Shown in pieces: positions 46,014-51,203 of a DNA stretch of 51,203 bases. Each line of letters starts with the position of its first letter. Positions within the stretch are counted from its first letter, which is position 1. This DNA comes from Clostridia bacterium (GTDB lineage: Bacteria > Bacillota > Clostridia > Oscillospirales > CAG-272). Below the pieces are notes generated by a model. That model was not told the DNA's origin. It did no database searches and saw only the letters and a list, made by a program, of their open reading frames with translations. Where the stretch lies: the NCBI GenBank assembly GCA_017507985.1, contig JAFVZV010000084.1, forward strand, positions 1-51,203. Reading direction: 5' to 3'. The position numbers were made by a program, and so were the translations under genes.

Positions 46014-47588
46014 TTAAAACTGTCCGTAAATAAAATCCATGGCATTGTAGCCAAGGCCGTACCGCCCAAATACAACAATGGCAACGACCATCAGCGCGCA
46101 CACAACAGCGCACAGCATTGGGCGACGAGCAAGCCGCTCGCCAAGAGAAGGGGTGTGGACATCACCCACATGCGGCGTTGCGCGTCCAACGAGCCACATG
46201 GCAAGGACACCCAGCGCGATCAGCCCCCACTGGGCAATCGACAATCCAAGCGCTGTCCAAAGGGATGCGTCAAACAGCCCCACCACAGCCGAAGGAGTAG
46301 CGGCTCGTCCCCAAAGAGAGAGAACCCGTCCTGCGTCAGGGGACAGATCCAGCGTGCGGAATAAACCGACCGTGAACAACGTGCCACTACAGCACAGCCA
46401 CGTCAGAGGGCGCGACGCGGCAACGCGAGAAAATTTCTCACCAAAGCGCCGCCGCAAAGGGCGTAGCTCCTGTGAAAGCAAAATAAATAAACCGTTGCAA
46501 AGCCCCCACACGACAAAATTCCATCCCGCGCCATGCCAAAGTCCGGTCAACGCCCAAGTTACCAGCGTGGCAGTCCACAAGGGCAAGCGACGAGACAGAC
46601 GGGAGAGCTTTTGCGATAAGCGGCTGACGGATAGCGGATAGAATACGTAATCGGTGAAAAAGCGACCCATGGATCTATGCCAACGCCGCCAATAATCGGC
46701 CACGGAGCAAGCCCCAAAAGGACGGTCAAAATTCTCGTACAAGCCGATGCCAAGCACGTGGGAAACGCCGAGCGCGATGTCCATACCCCCCGTAAAGTCA
46801 GCGTAGATTTGGATGCTGTACAAAAGGATCATCAGCCATGTCCAAGTCCCCCCCAAGTTGCCAGAGGCTTGCATCACCGCCTGAACCGCCAAGCCCACCG
46901 TATTCGCCACAACCACCTTTTTTACGCCGCCCCAAAGGGCACGAAGGGCTCCTTGCAGGGCTCTTGGCGCATCAAACGAATGAATGGCAAAGAGCTGCGG
47001 AGCAAGCTCGTCGTAACGGTTGATGGGACCCTGCCACATCTGAGGGAAATAAAAGATAAACAATGTCAATTTAGCGAGATTTTTCTCGGGTGCAAGCTGT
47101 CCGCGCGACACATCAACCATGTAGCTGATCGCGCTGAGCGTTACATAAGACAGCCCCAACGGTACCACAAGCTTCGGCCCCGGGTAAGACGTGCCTGCAA
47201 GCATATTCACGGTTTGAATCAAAAGACTGTCATATTTAAAAACGGCAAGCAGCGAAAGAGTCAACACAACGCCGGCCGCCAACAGCCATTTTCGCCGTGC
47301 GACACACCGATCGCGGAAGGCACGGCGCGTCGGCTTATCCCACGAACCGTCGGCACGGTGCGCTTTCAGTATTTCGGTTTGTCTGTCAAGGGATCGACCA
47401 AGCAACCGTCCAAAGACGTAGACAATGATTGTCAGGGCGATCAGCACGCACAGATTTCGCCAACCGGAAAAACCGTAGAAAATGATACTGCCAATGAGTA
47501 AAATGATCCATTGCCCTCGGCGCGGCGCGAGAAAATAGAGCGGCAGCAAAACCGCAAGGAACAAAACAAACGCAAGGGATAATGACAT
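46014..47588 (-). CDS. MBOAT family O-acyltransferase (DltB/AlgI-like)
   Basis: VPLGLSY, FPQMWQGPI, YADFTG, ENFDRPF, YWRRWH, GLWHGAGWNF; C-terminal FIYGQF. Confidence 0.92.
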   Translation of the reverse strand: MSLSLAFVLFLAVLLPLYFLAPRRGQWIILLIGSIIFYGFSGWRNLCVLIALTIIVYVFGRLLGRSLDRQTEILKAHRADGSWDKPTRRAFRDRCVARRKWLLAAGVVLTLSLLAVFKYDSLLIQTVNMLAGTSYPGPKLVVPLGLSYVTLSAISYMVDVSRGQLAPEKNLAKLTLFIFYFPQMWQGPINRYDELAPQLFAIHSFDAPRALQGALRALWGGVKKVVVANTVGLAVQAVMQASGNLGGTWTWLMILLYSIQIYADFTGGMDIALGVSHVLGIGLYENFDRPFGACSVADYWRRWHRSMGRFFTDYVFYPLSVSRLSQKLSRLSRRLPLWTATLVTWALTGLWHGAGWNFVVWGLCNGLFILLSQELRPLRRRFGEKFSRVAASRPLTWLCCSGTLFTVGLFRTLDLSPDAGRVLSLWGRAATPSAVVGLFDASLWTALGLSIAQWGLIALGVLAMWLVGRATPHVGDVHTPSLGERLARRPMLCAVVCALMVVAIVVFGRYGLGYNAMDFIYGQF

Positions 47589-47637
47589 CGCCGCTCTCCT
47601 TTCTGCGAGATTTTTTGGAAAATAACGAAAGCTTCAA

Positions 47638-47868
47638 TCAAACATCATCCAGCCGTTTCACCATGGTCGCCAATGCTTCCACCGAGTTGAAATTGCTCGG
47701 CAAGATCTCCACAGCAGGAATGCAAACGTCAAACGCTGCGTTGAGCTCGGTCACCAGCGTCACAATATCAAGAGAATCCAATATACCCTCGTCCACCAAC
47801 GCCGTCTCGTGCTTGATGTCTACCGTCGGATGCATTTTTTCGAGTATTTCAATGATTTTTTGTTCCAT
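47638..47868 (-). CDS. Acyl/aminoacyl carrier protein (DltC-like)
   Basis: 76 aa, acidic; GILDSLDIV phosphopantetheine Ser motif; NFNSVE. Confidence 0.9.
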   Translation of the reverse strand: MEQKIIEILEKMHPTVDIKHETALVDEGILDSLDIVTLVTELNAAFDVCIPAVEILPSNFNSVEALATMVKRLDDV

Positions 47869-47871
47869 AAA

Positions 47872-49389
47872 TTACTCCTTTGATAGCGTCTTGCGGTCGA
47901 TCTTTCCGTTGGGTGTCACGGGCAATGCGCTCCTTTTAACTGCACGGGCCGGCAGATAATATCGTGGCAAATAGCAGTTTAGCGCCGCCATTACCTCATG
48001 CTCTTGGGCACTGCCTGAATAAAACAATATGATTTCCTGCGTCGCCCTGTTTACCACGCACGCCGCCTGCGTTACACTCGGACTGCGCTGTGCGCATTGC
48101 TCGATCTCACCAAGCTCGATGCGGTGTCCCATGCGCTTGATCTGCCCATCACGCCGACCAACGAATACCAACTCGCCATGCGCGTTGTAATACGCCAGAT
48201 CCCCCGTGCGATAGACCTGCTCGGGATATGCATCCTGCAAGGGATTTTGCACGAACGCCGCCTCTGTCTGATCAACCTTGTGGTCATATCCGAGTGTCAG
48301 GCAACTTCCCCTCAAATACATCTCTCCGATTTCACTCGCCTGGTCTATCAAGGGGAAAATTTCATTTCCCTGCTCATCGATCAGCATCAGCCCCGTATTG
48401 TCCAACGGCGCGCCGATGGGAATACGCTCATTCTCCGACAGCTCTCGGTCTGCTCGCCAAACGCAAGACATTCCCGTTGCCTCGGTCGGGCCGTAAAGCT
48501 GATAGAACGTCGCCTCAGGCAAGGCTTTTCGCCAAGCATGATAGTGGCATATCGGTAATGCCTCGCTGCCGAAGACTACGGTTTTCAATGTGTGCGGAGC
48601 ACGTACGTCCAGCGCACCGAGCGCCGAGACATTTGTGAGCACCGAGGATACCCAGCAAATGGTATTGATGCCGTTTTTTATCAGATAATCGATCAACGGC
48701 AACGGGAAGGAAAACAGCCCTCTCGGGATCAAATACGTTGTCGCGCCCATCATGAGCGTCGTCAAAATTTCCTTGAGCGGCGCGTCAAAATACAGCGGCG
48801 ACTGGCAGCCGAACACGCTCTGCTCGTCCAGCGACAGTGCGCTCGTCAACGCCTCACCGTAATCAATAACGGCACGGTGACAACCGACAACACCCTTGGG
48901 CTCGCCCGTAGATCCCGAGGTGAATATGATATACATCGGATCGGTGTCAATTTGACGGGCACGCACCCTGCGCAACGATATATCGTCAGTTGGCTGCGAG
49001 GTCAATGCCTCGTAGGTCATTGTCAAACGGTCGAAGGATTCGGCAAGTGCGCGATTGCATTCGTCACACACGATCATACCAGCACGACAGCTCTCGAGAA
49101 TATAGCAAATCCGCTCCTTGGGCATGGTCGCATCCAACGGCACGTAAACCGCGCCCGCATAGGTAGCGCCCAGCATGGCGGCGATCGCGGCAGGATGCCG
49201 ATCCATCAAAACAGCCACCCGCTTGCCCGTCATCCCTGCGCGACACAGTGTGCTTCCCACTCGCCGAGCGGTGTCAAGCAGCGCGGCAAAGCTCATTGAC
49301 GCGCCCCCCGAACCATCCGAAAAGGCAATCTTATCGGGCAGACGTGCGGCGGTATGCTCCAGATATTGCAATACGTTTTTGATGCGCAT
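47872..49389 (-). CDS. Stand-alone amino acid adenylation enzyme (DltA-like)
   Basis: YIIFTSGSTGEPKGV, YFDA, LYGPTE, YRTGD, GRRDGQIKRMGHRIELGEIE, NGKIDR; AAGGAGG RBS before ATG 49389. Confidence 0.92.
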   Translation of the reverse strand: MRIKNVLQYLEHTAARLPDKIAFSDGSGGASMSFAALLDTARRVGSTLCRAGMTGKRVAVLMDRHPAAIAAMLGATYAGAVYVPLDATMPKERICYILESCRAGMIVCDECNRALAESFDRLTMTYEALTSQPTDDISLRRVRARQIDTDPMYIIFTSGSTGEPKGVVGCHRAVIDYGEALTSALSLDEQSVFGCQSPLYFDAPLKEILTTLMMGATTYLIPRGLFSFPLPLIDYLIKNGINTICWVSSVLTNVSALGALDVRAPHTLKTVVFGSEALPICHYHAWRKALPEATFYQLYGPTEATGMSCVWRADRELSENERIPIGAPLDNTGLMLIDEQGNEIFPLIDQASEIGEMYLRGSCLTLGYDHKVDQTEAAFVQNPLQDAYPEQVYRTGDLAYYNAHGELVFVGRRDGQIKRMGHRIELGEIEQCAQRSPSVTQAACVVNRATQEIILFYSGSAQEHEVMAALNCYLPRYYLPARAVKRSALPVTPNGKIDRKTLSKE

Positions 49390-49399
49390 GGTGCCCTCC

Positions 49400-50467
49400 T
49401 TATCGGGTAATGATGTCCGCCGCGCTGGGCGGATAGTCGGCTCTTTCATACTCATAAAAACCGGGATCAACGGCATTATATTCATTCAGCTGCGCGTCGG
49501 TAAACAAGCAGCCTCCACCTGCCGCACCACCACCCTCAACGACAGTCGGGTCAAAATGATACCATCTTGCCGCTTCCCCCTCGGGAGCAAGGTTGACCAT
49601 CAGCCAAAAGTGGGTCTGCTCGCCCGGCGCGTGGGTACGCTCGATCTCAAGATATTCAATGCCGCACCGGCGCAGCATCATCATAGCCGAGGCAAAGTAG
49701 GAATAACAATCCCCCCGCCCCTTGACAAACAAGGCGTGGTAGGCCGCGCGCACAGGATCGCTTTTATCGGAAATGGGAAAATACCCGATCGCACCCTGCA
49801 CGTATGCGTGAATGGCGCGACAATTTTGCTCAATCGTTGCTGACTCATCGACCAGCTCGTCCATCACAGGGTCAAGCTTGTTCCACAGCATTTGCTCGGT
49901 AATTTTCTCAGCCCAAACGTGAACGTAGACCATCTGCTCGGTCACATTGCCGCTGACATCGGTCGCGCGGTAGGTGGCTGAATATAAACCTTCTCGATTG
50001 GTATCGACCGCCGAGGCATCGACCGTCCATTCGACCTTGCCAAAGCAATCATCCACGGCACTCACGCCTGCGCGCAGAATCAGTCCTTCACCAACTAACG
50101 AAGATATCTCCTTGACACCGAGCAACGTCGGCGGTGTCGTATCCTCTACGACGACCACGCGCGTGGACAATTCCCTCTCGTTTCCTTTGCCGTCGCGCAA
50201 AAGCAGCACCACCTTGTGCGCTCCTATCGTTTCAAAATCGGGAACAGTGGCAAATTCGACCGTCACGCCCTCGCTTTGACAGCGCACGCGTGCATCGTCA
50301 GAAAGAAAATCCTCTGCTTTGGGGCGCTCGCCTCCAACGGCCACACGAAGATCGACGGGAGCAAGATCCGTATCCGCCGGGAAGGGCGCCTTTCTCTTTT
50401 CACAAGCGCAAAAAAAGAGCAGCAAGCACAGCAACAAAACAAAAAACACGCGTTTTCCGATTGCCAT
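49400..50467 (-). CDS. Lipoprotein with Ig-like repeats and transglutaminase-like (Cys-His-Asp) domain
   Basis: FCAC lipobox; DTTPP...ATDVSGN Ig-like module; GDCYSY, THFW, HFDPT. Confidence 0.8.
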   Translation of the reverse strand: MAIGKRVFFVLLLCLLLFFCACEKRKAPFPADTDLAPVDLRVAVGGERPKAEDFLSDDARVRCQSEGVTVEFATVPDFETIGAHKVVLLLRDGKGNERELSTRVVVVEDTTPPTLLGVKEISSLVGEGLILRAGVSAVDDCFGKVEWTVDASAVDTNREGLYSATYRATDVSGNVTEQMVYVHVWAEKITEQMLWNKLDPVMDELVDESATIEQNCRAIHAYVQGAIGYFPISDKSDPVRAAYHALFVKGRGDCYSYFASAMMMLRRCGIEYLEIERTHAPGEQTHFWLMVNLAPEGEAARWYHFDPTVVEGGGAAGGGCLFTDAQLNEYNAVDPGFYEYERADYPPSAADIITR

Positions 50468-50498
50468 GGTCTCACTCCTCTCCAACAATATTCAGTTT

Positions 50499-50527
50499 AT
50501 TATATCATTTTGCCACGCAACTGTCAA
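50499..50527 (-). promoter_or_regulatory. Sigma-A promoter of the Dlt-like operon
   Basis: TTGACA-17-TATAAT with TG extension. Confidence 0.8.
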
Positions 50528-50546
50528 CGCCTGCGACGCAGGGAAA

Positions 50547-50587
50547 AAACAAAAGAGGATGCATTTTTTGCATCCTCGTTCTGTTTG
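50547..50587 (-). terminator. Intrinsic terminator of rpmA
   Basis: AAACAAAAGAGGATGCA...TGCATCCTCGTTCTGTTT. Confidence 0.7.
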
Positions 50588-50593
50588 GACAAA

Positions 50594-50875
50594 TTATTCA
50601 GCGTATACGCTGACCTGCTTCTTGCCCTTAGCCTTTTGCTCAAACTTAACCTTACCGTCGATCAGAGCGAACAGAGTATCGTCAGAACCGATACCGACAT
50701 TCTTGCCGGGGTGAACTGCGGTGCCTCTCTGTCTGATGATGATATTGCCGGCGATGACCTTCTGACCGTCAGACTTCTTCACGCCAAGGCGCTTGGATTC
50801 GCTGTCACGGCCGTTCTTGGTAGAACCGACACCTTTTTTGTGAGCAAAGAACTGTAAACTGAGCTTCAACATCAT
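50594..50875 (-). CDS. rpmA: 50S ribosomal protein L27 with cleavable N-terminal extension
   Basis: [21 protein letters not shown]. Confidence 0.97.
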   Translation of the reverse strand: MMLKLSLQFFAHKKGVGSTKNGRDSESKRLGVKKSDGQKVIAGNIIIRQRGTAVHPGKNVGIGSDDTLFALIDGKVKFEQKAKGKKQVSVYAE

Positions 50876-50927
50876 TCTTACCTCCCAATGTTAGTGGTTC
50901 GCGCCCGAGGGCGCATGGTGGACGCGG

Positions 50928-51203
50928 TCATTCGTCAAAGGACTTTTCAACCAGCTCGACCTCAAGGTACTGATAGTACTCCTCGGTCAGATCCTTGATC
51001 TGCTGATAATAGCCGTGGAACAATCCCGAGATGGCGTAGCTCTTACGCTCGTCCTCCTCGTAATCGGGCAAAGCCGAGCGGCAACGCACCGAAATGTTCG
51101 TCGTTTCCTCATCGATATTGTACTCCAAATCGGTGGCGTAGGAAACCAACACGGTGTTGATGATCAGCATGGTCATGGCGCTGATGGCAGAGCAAAGAAT
51201 GTC
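50928..51203 (-). CDS. prp: Ribosomal-processing cysteine protease Prp (5' end outside window)
   Basis: Frame reads DILCSAISAMT from the window edge (Prp catalytic Cys motif); directly upstream of rpmA. Confidence 0.85.
   Translation of the reverse strand, partial: DILCSAISAMTMLIINTVLVSYATDLEYNIDEETTNISVRCRSALPDYEEDERKSYAISGLFHGYYQQIKDLTEEYYQYLEVELVEKSFDE

Noticed and set aside
1-51203. CRISPR array, tRNA, rRNA, autonomous transposase or integrase
   Set aside because: No regularly spaced direct repeats, cloverleaf or rRNA-like segments, or DDE/HUH/recombinase ORFs were recognised.

Overview
Chromosomal window from a spore-forming Firmicute, most likely a Clostridia-class anaerobe (spoVAC, spoVT, Prp-processed L27, T-box-regulated ileS, PFOR). 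Most of it is housekeeping or metabolic: nifJ 3' end, HAD hydrolases, 2-hydroxyacid dehydrogenase, GH2 beta-mannosidase, SDR, aspartokinase, acyltransferase, pepF, heterodimeric ABC exporter, dCMP deaminase, rimI-tsaD, rex-dnaD-dnaC, ileS-lspA-rluD (frameshifted) and prp-rpmA. Five things stand out. (1) A six-gene B12-dependent diol/glycerol dehydratase operon (pduCDEGHO) with no microcompartment shell or aldehyde-handling genes, whose beta subunit carries three tandem repeats of encapsulation-peptide-like helices. (2) A Dlt-like envelope-acylation operon (adenylation enzyme, carrier protein, MBOAT ending in FIYGQF, SGNH-like protein with Cys where the catalytic Ser is expected), bracketed by a transglutaminase-like and a small lipoprotein. 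(3) An AT-rich gene framed by ~86-bp GTAG-REP-containing inverted repeats, with an inward-facing promoter. (4) A five-box DnaA cluster between tsaD and rex. (5) Two families of hairpin-rich intergenic repeats with compensatory stem changes. No rRNA, tRNA, CRISPR array, transposase or integrase was seen. Product calls come from motifs read by eye, not from database searches.
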